From: Minisyncoccota bacterium
GTDB lineage: Bacteria > Patescibacteriota > Minisyncoccia > Phycocordibacterales > UBA5272
Direction: 5' to 3'
DNA length: 64,000 nucleotides
Assembly (NCBI GenBank): GCA_046350775.1
Contig: JAXLZS010000001.1
Location: 416,342 to 480,341 of the forward strand
Both the position numbers and the translations under genes were made by a program. Shown piece after piece: positions 1 through 9,740 of the stretch (position 1 is the first letter of the stretch; every line of letters starts with the position of its first letter). The notes beneath the pieces were generated by a model. That model searched no databases. It saw only the letters and a list, made by a program, of their open reading frames with translations, and was not told the DNA's origin.

Positions 1-265
1 AATATTTTTCTGAATTTTCTAATGCATATTGAAATTCTGAAAGATTGTCATGAGGATGAAGACCGACAGAATAAAAAATATTTTCATTTTTCATGGCCAA
101 ATCTTTAGCTAATTCGCTCTCTTTTAAATCAGTACCGATACAAATCGTAGCGATTTTATTTTTATTCATGTCTGATATTACCCTCTCTAGATCATCTTGA
201 TAATCTTTAAAATTTAAATGTGAATGAATATCTATGTATTCTATTTTTGACAGATCTAAGTACAT
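1..265 (-). CDS. tatD: TatD family hydrolase, N-terminal part (runs off window)
   Basis: Not in ORF track; manual translation from ATG at 265: MYLDLSKIEYIDIHSHLNF...IGTD...SVGLHPHD, with the TatD DxHxH and GLHP motifs; follows metG as is typical. Confidence 0.9.
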   Translation of the reverse strand, partial: MYLDLSKIEYIDIHSHLNFKDYQDDLERVISDMNKNKIATICIGTDLKESELAKDLAMKNENIFYSVGLHPHDNLSEFQYALENSEKY

Positions 266-266
266 A

Positions 267-899
267 TTATTTGTTATTTATTAAATAATTTTCTTTAACA
301 AAGATCTTAACATTATTATTTAATTCTATAATTTCTGGGAATTCTGAACCATATTTAGAATCTAAAATATTATGCTTGTCGTCTAAAAAATTAAAAAAAT
401 AATCTTTGCCTAAACCGCTATTATTAATATAGGAAAAATCACTCAAAAAATGAGAAGTTTCTGGTAATATTTTATCTACCAATTTTATAAATCTAGCTTC
501 TTTTGTGTCTTGCGACTCATATTTTTCTATCATCTCATGAATATATGGAAACTCAAAACCAAATTCTTCTTTAATTCTTTCAAAAGATTCTTTTTCTCTT
601 TCTTGTTTTTCTTTTTTTGATTCTTCTGATGTGTTAACAAAAGAATTTGTATCTCCAGCATAGACCTCAACCAGATCATGGACTAAAGCAAATTGAGAAA
701 CTAAGCCAATATCTAATTTATTTTTGTAAAAAGTGTCTGCAAGTGAGCAAGCAATTAAGGAAAGCATAAAAGTATGATCTGTGTCGGACTCATTTCTTAC
801 ACCATCTTCATGATGAGTAACTCTATTCACTTTGGCAAAAGTCAAAGATAATTTTGCTAAATCAAAAATCTTTTTTGTATAATCTTTTTTGTCTTTCAT
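267..899 (-). CDS. HD-domain hydrolase (YfbR/HDDC2-like nucleotidase)
   Basis: ESDTDHTF, LVHDLVEVYAGD, KLVDK motifs. Confidence 0.85.
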   Translation of the reverse strand: MKDKKDYTKKIFDLAKLSLTFAKVNRVTHHEDGVRNESDTDHTFMLSLIACSLADTFYKNKLDIGLVSQFALVHDLVEVYAGDTNSFVNTSEESKKEKQEREKESFERIKEEFGFEFPYIHEMIEKYESQDTKEARFIKLVDKILPETSHFLSDFSYINNSGLGKDYFFNFLDDKHNILDSKYGSEFPEIIELNNNVKIFVKENYLINNK

Positions 900-902
900 A
901 TA

Positions 903-2378
903 TTAATCTTTTCTTGGAAAGAGTGGCGACTCTGGTTTTTTGTTTTCCCTAATTAATTCTTGAATCTTTTTTGAAGTCTCTGGCATCATTGGTTCTAAAG
1001 CGAGAGCTATGCCAAACAAGTGATAAAGTAAATAATGAACATCTTTTTTTGCTTCTTCTTCATCTATTTTCATCTTTTTAAATGGTTCATTTTTTGCAAT
1101 AAACTCATTTAAAGTTGAAATATTTTCCCAGATATTATTCATCTGTTATCAATTTCAAAACTATCCATCTCTTTAGAATAATCTATTTTTGGATAATAAT
1201 CTTCATTTGTATTTATGGGTTCACTTAAATATTTTTCTGAAAGAGTTAAAAATACGAGAAGTTAAATTCCCAAGACCATTTACAAGTCCAGAATTAGCAT
1301 CTTTAAATCTCTCCATGGTAATGGGACTATCTTCAAAACTCGAAACTTCTTTAATAAAAAATATCGAAGAGCATCGACTCCGTAGTTTTCTACAATGTCT
1401 TTTGGATCAACAGTATTTCCAAGACTTTTACTCATTTTTACCCCACCTTCTCCTGTAATAAATCCATTTATAATTATATTCGTAGAATTTCCAATTCCCG
1501 CAGACATTAGCATCGCCTGCCACGTAGCAGCTTGATAGCGAAGATTGTCTTTACCACAATATTGTACTACTTCTCTTGATATCCATTTTTTATATTTTCC
1601 GGCTGGTTCCAAAATTCGCTAAATTTTGTACCAGATAGTTGGGGCCATCCAAGTGTAGAAATATAATTTGTAAGAGCATCAAACCAAACATACATAACAT
1701 GCTCATCATCAGGCATGTGTATACCCCAACTCATTTTTGATTTTAATCTTGAAACAGAGAAATCTTGTAATCCTTTTTCTACAAAATTTTTAATTTCATT
1801 AAATCTAAAATCTGGTATCACAAGATTTGAGTTTTTTCATAAAATTTTAATAAATCATTTTGATATTTAGAAAATTTGAAAAAAATAATTTTCTTTCTTC
1901 ACGAATTTCCAAATTCCCTATTTGGGTGTATTGGACATTTTCCTTCGTCATTTAATTCCGAATCTTGTTTTTCATCTTCACAACCTACACAATATTTCAT
2001 TTTGTAATTTTTTTCTCTATATCACCTTTCGCTTTACATATTTTCCATAATTCTTGAGCCGCTTTAATATGATTTTCATCTGTGGTACGAATAAAAGTAT
2101 CATTTGAAATATTTAAAATATTCTCATTAAATCTTGAAATTTTTGAGCATTTTGATCTACATATTTTTGAGTTTCAATTCCAGCATCTTTTGGGTTGCCT
2201 CCAAAAGTTTTTGTCCATGCTCATCTGTACCAGTATTAAAAAACACTTCGTAACCTAAAAGGTTTTTATATCTAGCTATCGTGTCTGTACGAACAAATTC
2301 TAAAGCGTGACCTATATGAAGCGGAGCATTCACATAAGGCAAAGTAGTGGTGATGTAAAATTTCTTGTTATTTTCCAT
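903..2378 (-). pseudogene. metG: Methionyl-tRNA synthetase, broken by ~10 frameshifts (pseudogene or local sequence errors)
   Basis: Fragments in changing frames: [65 protein letters not shown]. Confidence 0.9.
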
Positions 2379-2383
2379 AATTC

Positions 2384-3448
2384 TTAATATAAGATAAACT
2401 GTTCATTTTCTTTCTTTTTTCTATAATCATCTAATATTTCCATAATAATAGTAGACACTGGTATAGCAATCAAAGCCCCCCAAAATCCAGCCACCATCGC
2501 ACCCATAATGACGGAAACGATGATCATAATTGGAGGTATACCTGCTAGTTTACCAACTATTTTAGGATAAATAAAGTATGAAGAAATTTGTGAAATTATA
2601 AAAAAACATACAAGAGTTATAATCATCAATGATAGGCCGCCAATATTCCAAGCTAAAAATAAAGCTGGGATAGAAGCGGAGACTATACCTAAAATTGGCA
2701 TCAACTCAAAAATGAAAGCCAGTATTGAAATAGAAAGAGCGAAAGGTATGCCAAGAATTAATAGAGTAATATAAACCATGATAGCCACAAAAAAAGCAGA
2801 GACTATTTGTCCTATAAACCAATTTGAAATTTTTATCTGACTTCTTGCCACCAGATCCTCAATATAGTTTTCATATTTTCTTGGAGAAACAAGACGTAGA
2901 AAGTTGTGTACCCCTTTTTCATTTATTGAGATATAAAATGATATAACCAAAGTCAGAACAAAATTAACTAAAAAGTCTATTAAGGATGAAGTGCTGGCAA
3001 TTATTCCACCAGTAGACAAGATCTTTGATTGGGCTATATTTGCCAATTCGCTTGTATCTAGATTATTTGCAAAACTAGAAAAAGCTGAAAGTTTATTAGA
3101 GTCTAAAAATTTAATAGAAGAATATTTTATAGAATCTAAGTTATTTAAGAAATCTGGAAGTTTCTTAATAGTTGAACCTATATATTCAATAGCTGTAGGT
3201 AAGAAAAAATAAAATAATAGAAATACTAGACCGAGTGATACTAAATAAAAAATAACAACTGATAATATTCTTGGGAATTTAAATCTTTTCAAAAGATTTA
3301 CTACCCTATCGACAACTGAAGCTATGATAACAGATAAAAACAAGACAAAAACTATTGATCTGAAATAATAAAGACCATAGAAAAACAATATCCAAAGAAT
3401 GACTCTTATTATAGACCTGTTGGAAATATCTATTTTATTTGTATGCAT
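2384..3448 (-). CDS. AI-2E family (PerM) transporter
   Basis: 354 aa multi-TM; C-terminal GFWGALIAIP signature. Confidence 0.85.
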   Translation of the reverse strand: MHTNKIDISNRSIIRVILWILFFYGLYYFRSIVFVLFLSVIIASVVDRVVNLLKRFKFPRILSVVIFYLVSLGLVFLLFYFFLPTAIEYIGSTIKKLPDFLNNLDSIKYSSIKFLDSNKLSAFSSFANNLDTSELANIAQSKILSTGGIIASTSSLIDFLVNFVLTLVISFYISINEKGVHNFLRLVSPRKYENYIEDLVARSQIKISNWFIGQIVSAFFVAIMVYITLLILGIPFALSISILAFIFELMPILGIVSASIPALFLAWNIGGLSLMIITLVCFFIISQISSYFIYPKIVGKLAGIPPIMIIVSVIMGAMVAGFWGALIAIPVSTIIMEILDDYRKKKENEQFILY

Positions 3449-3503
3449 AATAATTATTTATTTTTATAAATAAAGTATAGCATTAAAGAATATTTAATAA
3501 AAA

Positions 3504-4898
3504 TTAGTTATTTTTTACTACCCAAGATCTCTCAAAAGAGATATTTTGATCATTTGACACTTCTGTCTCAGATTTTCTTTCCCCTTTAGCAAAAATCTGT
3601 AAATTAATACTATTGTCTCCTGCCAGGTTTTTGACTGCCCTGATTTTTAATCTAATTTTACCTGTACTATTGGCACCAATCTGAGAAAATTCTGGTATGG
3701 TATTTTTATCCCAAATTGCAAGATTTAGATCTCCATCGTAAATACCATCTATGGCTTGAGTATAATTTTTATCTATTCCATCACCGTCAAGTTTAGCAGA
3801 TATTACTAAATTATCTATTGGATAATTAAGATTGTTTTTATAAGTAAAATCAAGCATAATAAGATCATTTGTAGAGACAATATTTTCACCATTTGTACTA
3901 TCTCCGACAAGAGAAATATCTATATATTGTCCAGAAATTAAAATACTTTTTTGCACTTGTGTATAAATATTGTCTAAATTTAGATTAAAATTATCATAAT
4001 TTCCTAAAGTAGAAGAACCGTTTGTGCTAGATGAATTATTTGGAGTACCAGCATAAAATGTAAACTGATCAGTAGCACCAATATCACCAGTCAACTTACC
4101 AGAAAAAGATATTTGCTTCTCTTGTCCGGCGGAAAGGTTTTGGATAAGCCAAGAAGGATTATTGTTGTACCTAGCTTGTGAAGATGAAGAGTAGACAAAG
4201 TCATTTGGAGGGCGGACTGTTACTATGAGATTTTTAATATCTTTTCTAGTATTGTTTTTTATTTTTAAATTTATAGTATTTATATTACCCTGATGAAATT
4301 CTTTTAGAGTTTCTACCGTTATGGTGACCGGTGAACTTTTTAGAGTTATAGAAATAGGATCTGCTAATTTATTAAATTCCGCATTTGAACCATTAATTTT
4401 ATAAAAAAAGGTAGCAGAGACTTGTCTATTTACGCCTTCATTACCAAACAAAACAACGGATACACTCTTATTGGAAAAATCATCAGCTAAAATCTGCCCA
4501 ATATCAATTTTTTGAGAAATAATATTTTTTGCACCAGAAACATTTTCGCCAGAGTCGTATTGAACTATAACGTAGGCCTCATATATTGGTGTCTTGTTTT
4601 TATTTTCTATTTTTAAATTTACTGACCCTGGCTCACCGCTCGACAAAGAAGAAGAACCCGATATTACAAAATTAATATTGTTCGCAGAAAAAGCTGAATT
4701 ATTTGAAAATAACGAGTAAAGTACAAAAGCTCCCACTAAAAAGAATATACTAAAAGATATTAAAAAAAATTTTAGAGAAAAACTCATGCCATGCTTTTCT
4801 TCTCCATGATATTTAAAATCACCAAGATCACTATCGTCCCAGCTTTCAGGAATTTTAACTGGCTCATTTTGAGTTTTAGCTTTAAGGTTTATATCCAT
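3504..4898 (-). CDS. Membrane-anchored protein with Ig-like/DUF11-like beta domains
   Basis: One N-terminal TM, repeated 'l.ikN.....i.nl.v....p..f.y' strands. Confidence 0.6.
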   Translation of the reverse strand: MDINLKAKTQNEPVKIPESWDDSDLGDFKYHGEEKHGMSFSLKFFLISFSIFFLVGAFVLYSLFSNNSAFSANNINFVISGSSSLSSGEPGSVNLKIENKNKTPIYEAYVIVQYDSGENVSGAKNIISQKIDIGQILADDFSNKSVSVVLFGNEGVNRQVSATFFYKINGSNAEFNKLADPISITLKSSPVTITVETLKEFHQGNINTINLKIKNNTRKDIKNLIVTVRPPNDFVYSSSSQARYNNNPSWLIQNLSAGQEKQISFSGKLTGDIGATDQFTFYAGTPNNSSSTNGSSTLGNYDNFNLNLDNIYTQVQKSILISGQYIDISLVGDSTNGENIVSTNDLIMLDFTYKNNLNYPIDNLVISAKLDGDGIDKNYTQAIDGIYDGDLNLAIWDKNTIPEFSQIGANSTGKIRLKIRAVKNLAGDNSINLQIFAKGERKSETEVSNDQNISFERSWVVKNN

Positions 4899-4906
4899 TT
4901 TATAAA

Positions 4907-5500
4907 TTATAACATAGTCTCTCGCAGTACATGTAGCACATGTTTTTTTACTTCTTTTTCATTTAAAATGAAATGGGTGTAAAAATCTTTTACAGAAAAA
5001 CTTTTATATTCTTCTATATCTTTTGCCCCTATAATACTAGCGTCCGCATATCCAGTATCTACTAATACCAAATAGTAAATTAGTATTTTAAAATTATTTA
5101 TTTCTAAAATATCCACGCCTTGATCCAGAAAAAATATTGATTTTATCTTATCAAATAATTTTTTATAAGTTTTCTTTTCTTCGATAAATTTAAAAATTAT
5201 CTCACTTATCACCTTTTTAGCTTTGAAAGACCAGGATTTGGTGATATTAGAATTTAGATCTAAAAATAATTCCTCAGCCCCTACCAATCTCCAAATATCT
5301 CTACCTTTTACCAGGGTGATAATAATAAAATCATTTTTCTTTATTATCGGTCTCAATTTGGCGTTTATTTTTCTTATGGATTTAGCTATAGCAAAAATAA
5401 TACCAAATTCTCTCGTCCATACTTTGTAGACAATATCATGCTCACCTTGCTCATATTCTCTTAAAATAAAAGCTTCTGTAGTGTATTTATCATGAGACAT
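4907..5500 (-). CDS. recO: RecO-like DNA repair protein (N-terminal OB domain, short)
   Basis: TEAFILR..GEHD..VWTREFGII.A.AKSIRK..KL. Confidence 0.8.
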   Translation of the reverse strand: MSHDKYTTEAFILREYEQGEHDIVYKVWTREFGIIFAIAKSIRKINAKLRPIIKKNDFIIITLVKGRDIWRLVGAEELFLDLNSNITKSWSFKAKKVISEIIFKFIEEKKTYKKLFDKIKSIFFLDQGVDILEINNFKILIYYLVLVDTGYADASIIGAKDIEEYKSFSVKDFYTHFILNEKEVKKHVLHVLRETML

Positions 5501-5510
5501 TGTTGGTCAT

Positions 5511-8500
5511 TTAGTTAATTAAGATAATTTCCTCCTTTTGAGATTCTTCAAATTTTATATCAGACAATTTACAGTCTTTAATTAATTCTTCTTTAAAGCT
5601 TTCGATAAAATCTTTTCTTTCTGAATTGGTTTTAATCAAAAGAGAAACAACATCACTGGCGACAAGATTGTTTTCTTTTCTTAGATCTTTTATCTTTCTT
5701 GTGAGCTCACGATAATCCCCTTCTTTTTTTAATTCTGGAGTTATCTCAAGATCTAGAATTATATTTTTACCTTCTTCATAATTTTGTTTTTCATCTATCT
5801 TTATATCTTTGACATTGATTTCTTCTTTTAGAATTTCAAAATATTTTTCGTCTATTTTTATTTTTGTAGTTAAAGAAGATAGCGGCTGACGGACTGGAAT
5901 ATTATTTTTTTGTCTTACCATGAGAGCTTCGGTGACTACATCTCTCACTTTTTGCATGTCTAGTAATATTTCTTCTTTATTTGATCGAAGAGAAAAGAAT
6001 TTTTCTGGCCACTTTTCAAGATGTACACTTTCTTTTTTGTCTTTATTATTTTTATTTATTGACTGATAAATTCTTTCAGCCAAAAATGGCATAAAAGGAG
6101 CAATGACTAGAGAGAATTTATTCAAGACAAAATACAATGTATACAAAGTCTCATCGTCATCATTTTTTAATTTTTCCCTTGATCTACGCAAATACCAAGT
6201 AGATAGATCATCTATAAACTTTTCAAAAGGACGAGTTGCTTGATCGAGTCTATACTGATCCATAGACTTTGTAGTATTTTCTAAAATCTCATTTAGTCTG
6301 ACTAATATCCAGAGATTGAGAGGATCTTTTATCTCAATATTCTTTGGCATATCTATATCTAACATTTCATAAAAGCTTAAAATATTTTCCAATTTTGAAA
6401 CTATTTTCTTATAACTTTCTTCTACGAGCGAATCAGGAAAAGCTACATTTTCAGCGCACATGAGTGGAGAGGAAAGTAGAGAATATCTAAACGCGTCTGC
6501 TCCAAATTTTTCTGCCAAAATCAGTGGATCTGTGTAATTATTTTTACTCTTACTCATTTTTTCCCCATCACCAGCCAATACTAGTCCATTGACTATGACA
6601 TTTTTATAAGAAGCTTTATCAAATATACCTACAGACAAGTTGAGTAAAGAGTAAAACCATCCTCTGGTCTGATCAAGACCTTCAGCTATAAAATCTGCTG
6701 GGAAAGTTTTTTCAAACAATTCTCTGTTTTCAAATGGATAGTGAAGTTGACCATAAGGCATAGATCCAGATTCAAACCAACAGTCAAACACATACTCAAC
6801 TCTTGTCATCTCTTTACCATTTTTACTTAAGAGTTTTACCTGATCTATGTATGGACGATGTAAATTGATTCTTCCTTTTTCATCTCTTGGCACCAGGCTT
6901 AGATTTAATTTTCTTATCTCAGCATTTCTTGGATAAAGTCTAGTATCATTAGATAACTCATCTTTTATCACCTCTTCTTCTGTGATCAGTTCACTACCGG
7001 CGATCATCATCCTCATTGGACCACCATGAGTGACTATCAATATTTTTTTACCATTATACCTTTCTTCTAAATTATAGATTCCAGCCATGACTCTATCCAT
7101 GACTTCTTGATGACTTTCCCCTCCACCTATCTTTACTTTAAATTTTAAATAATCAATACCTAAATCCTGGTGAAGTTTTTCTGATGTTTGACCACTATAC
7201 ACTCCAAGATCTATTTCTACAAAATGCTCATCTATCAATATTTCTTTGTCTCCGGCCATTATAGATGCTGTCTCTTTAGCTCTGGGATATGGTGAAGATA
7301 TTATAATATCGAAGTCTACGTTATTTTTCTTTTTAGCATCTTCCACTTGTATTACACCGAGATCTGTTAAAATATTTTCAGGGTCCATTTTAGTTTCTTC
7401 AATACCTTTCACATTATGCATAGCTTCTCCATGACGCATAACATAATATTCATTTTTGGGTTTTGCTATATTGGATTCTGTCAACTCTTTTAATGATCCG
7501 ATTATTCTTACTTCATCACCGTCCACCTCTTTCCAGATTGGTAGAGGAGCACCCCAGTAGCGACTTCTTGAGACAGCCCACTCACGAGCCCCCTCTAGCC
7601 ATTTTCCAAATCTTCCGTCACGTATATTTTCTGGAGTCCAATTTATTTTTTGATTTTCAGACAAATTTTTTTCTTTAATTTTTGGAACGTTTACAAACCA
7701 AGAGCTGGTAGCATAATTTAAAAGTGGAGTATCACATCTCCAGCAAGTTGGATATGCGTGAACTAATTTTTCTTTTGCAAAAAGAAGTTTCTTTTCTGCT
7801 AAATATTTTATGATACCAATATCAGCTGATTGGTTGTCTCTGGATGTCTTTACTTTTATACCAGCAAAATCTGTTACTTCTTTTGTAAATTCACCATTCA
7901 TCCCGACATGTTTGATAATAGGAAGTTTCTTTTCTTTTCCGAGATTAAGATCGTCTTCACCAAAAGCTGGGGCAATATGTACAACTCCAGTACCAGTATC
8001 AAGTGTCACAAATTCAGCATCCACTATGGTGTAAATATTTTCTTTATTTTCAAGATTTGCATCAAGATAATAATCAAAGACTGGTTTATATTTTTTACCA
8101 ACCAATTCTTCACCATTAAATTCTGAAATTATTTCAAATTCTAAATTTTCTTTTTTAAATACATCTTCTAACCTATCTTTTGCTAAGATAAAATTTTCTC
8201 CAGAATTTATTTTCACCTTCGCATATTCAAAATTTTTATTTACAGCGAGAGCTACATTTCCTGGTAAAGTCCAAGGAGTGGTGGTCCAAGCAAGCACAAA
8301 AGTGCCAAGCTCATCTACCAATTCAAATTTTACTGTCACAGAAATATCTGTCAGATCTTTATAATTTTGAGCAACCTCGGATTGAGCGAGAGTAGTCTCA
8401 CATCTTGGGCAGATATGCATACTTTTATGACCTTCAAAAACTAATCCTTTTTTATCGAGCTCTTTAAATGCCCACCAGACAGATTCAGTATAAGTATAAT

Positions 8501-8963
8501 CCAGAGTCTTGTAAGAATTATCCATATCTATCCAGCGACCAAATCTAGGTATTACATGCTTCCACTCCTCTTCATATGCAAAAACACTGGCTTCTGCAGC
8601 TTTATTAAAATTATCAATACCAAAATCCTCAATATCTTTTTTGGATTCCAAATCAAATTTTTTCTCGACTAGATTTTCTATTGGCAAACCATGACAATCC
8701 CAACCCCAGACTCTTCTGACATAATTTCCTTTCATTGTCTCATATCGAGGGATGGTATCCTTTATAGTACCAGCCAAAAGATGGCCATGATGTGGGAGAC
8801 CTGTCGCAAATGGAGGGCCGTCATAAAAACTAAAATTACCTTTTGGATTTTCTCCGGCTGGCTTTTCGAGAGATTTTTCAAAAATTTTATTCTTCTGCCA
8901 GAATTCTAAAACTTCTAACTCTTTTTCATTTATAGTTTTATCTTTGTTTTGATTTGGATTCAT
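5511..8963 (-). CDS. ileS: Isoleucyl-tRNA synthetase (type 2) with inserted histidine-phosphatase domain
   Basis: YDGPPFATGLPHHGH, GWDCHGLPIE, WTTTPWTLP, SRSRYWG, KMSKS; ATG at 8963 preferred over the TTG inside the upstream terminator. Confidence 0.95.
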   Translation of the reverse strand: MNPNQNKDKTINEKELEVLEFWQKNKIFEKSLEKPAGENPKGNFSFYDGPPFATGLPHHGHLLAGTIKDTIPRYETMKGNYVRRVWGWDCHGLPIENLVEKKFDLESKKDIEDFGIDNFNKAAEASVFAYEEEWKHVIPRFGRWIDMDNSYKTLDYTYTESVWWAFKELDKKGLVFEGHKSMHICPRCETTLAQSEVAQNYKDLTDISVTVKFELVDELGTFVLAWTTTPWTLPGNVALAVNKNFEYAKVKINSGENFILAKDRLEDVFKKENLEFEIISEFNGEELVGKKYKPVFDYYLDANLENKENIYTIVDAEFVTLDTGTGVVHIAPAFGEDDLNLGKEKKLPIIKHVGMNGEFTKEVTDFAGIKVKTSRDNQSADIGIIKYLAEKKLLFAKEKLVHAYPTCWRCDTPLLNYATSSWFVNVPKIKEKNLSENQKINWTPENIRDGRFGKWLEGAREWAVSRSRYWGAPLPIWKEVDGDEVRIIGSLKELTESNIAKPKNEYYVMRHGEAMHNVKGIEETKMDPENILTDLGVIQVEDAKKKNNVDFDIIISSPYPRAKETASIMAGDKEILIDEHFVEIDLGVYSGQTSEKLHQDLGIDYLKFKVKIGGGESHQEVMDRVMAGIYNLEERYNGKKILIVTHGGPMRMMIAGSELITEEEVIKDELSNDTRLYPRNAEIRKLNLSLVPRDEKGRINLHRPYIDQVKLLSKNGKEMTRVEYVFDCWFESGSMPYGQLHYPFENRELFEKTFPADFIAEGLDQTRGWFYSLLNLSVGIFDKASYKNVIVNGLVLAGDGEKMSKSKNNYTDPLILAEKFGADAFRYSLLSSPLMCAENVAFPDSLVEESYKKIVSKLENILSFYEMLDIDMPKNIEIKDPLNLWILVRLNEILENTTKSMDQYRLDQATRPFEKFIDDLSTWYLRRSREKLKNDDDETLYTLYFVLNKFSLVIAPFMPFLAERIYQSINKNNKDKKESVHLEKWPEKFFSLRSNKEEILLDMQKVRDVVTEALMVRQKNNIPVRQPLSSLTTKIKIDEKYFEILKEEINVKDIKIDEKQNYEEGKNIILDLEITPELKKEGDYRELTRKIKDLRKENNLVASDVVSLLIKTNSERKDFIESFKEELIKDCKLSDIKFEESQKEEIILIN

Positions 8964-8970
8964 AGTTTTT

Positions 8971-9143
8971 AAAATAATAAAATCGCCCAAGATTTATAAA
9001 TCAAGGGCGATTCTAAAAATTTATTGTCGCGGTACCACCTTGTTCACAAAATACTTTGATATTTTGCCTTATTTATCGGGCTCTACTCGTCTTTTCGACT
9101 TTCTTCCCAAAGCTCGAGAGTGATTAGTTCTGTCGTCGCTTTT
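8971..9143 (-). ncRNA. T-box riboswitch (Ile, AUC specifier), ultrashort Stem I, with intrinsic terminator
   Basis: Minus strand AAGG-UGGUACC-GCG (plus 9028-9041) pairs with CGC-CCUU; competing hairpin AAUCGCCC...GGGCGAUU + U-rich tail (8971-9012); AUC at 9122-9124; AGUA in Stem II. Confidence 0.9.
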
Positions 9144-9231
9144 ATAAGATAATAATATCACAAAAAATAAAAGCCACAAAATTTGTGTTTTCATATAATA
9201 ATGCTATTATCAAAGCAGAAAAACATTTTAT

Positions 9232-9714
9232 ATGGAAAAATTCTTTAGGGATAATTGTTTAAAAAACTTCGTCATATTAAATAATCTTGCAAAGAATGGA
9301 AAGTTTGATGATATAAACCAACTTATTTTTGAAACAAAAAAAATAATAGGCTACAAAATAGAATTAAATCTATTAGATACTACTTTTTCATTACTTGGAA
9401 GAGTTGTTCCAAAATCAGGAGGTTTTACTATTTATTTGAATAGAAATATGGATAATGACCTATATAGATTTGTCTTAGGTCATGAGATAGGGCATATATT
9501 AAATTCTTTTGAATATACAAGACCTTGGCCAACAATTATTTCATACATAGAAAATCTTGAGGAAAAAATTTGTGACTATATAGGTTTAGAATTATCAAAT
9601 TCTAAAATAGATTTTTTAAATAAGATAAAAATGTATGAAAAACTTTCCAATAAGAGATTAATTGATGAGTTGGTTTTAAACGAATATGTTAAACGAAACA
9701 ATTTAAGAATGTAA
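9232..9714 (+). CDS. ImmA/IrrE-like zinc metallopeptidase
   Basis: IYLN...RFVLGHEIGH...EKICD. Confidence 0.7.
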   Translation: MEKFFRDNCLKNFVILNNLAKNGKFDDINQLIFETKKIIGYKIELNLLDTTFSLLGRVVPKSGGFTIYLNRNMDNDLYRFVLGHEIGHILNSFEYTRPWPTIISYIENLEEKICDYIGLELSNSKIDFLNKIKMYEKLSNKRLIDELVLNEYVKRNNLRM

Positions 9715-9740
9715 ATATTTTATTTGCATTCTTTTTGTTT

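Noticed and set aside
903-2378. Programmed frameshifting or split MetRS
   Set aside because: Too many indels of both signs for a plausible recoding scheme
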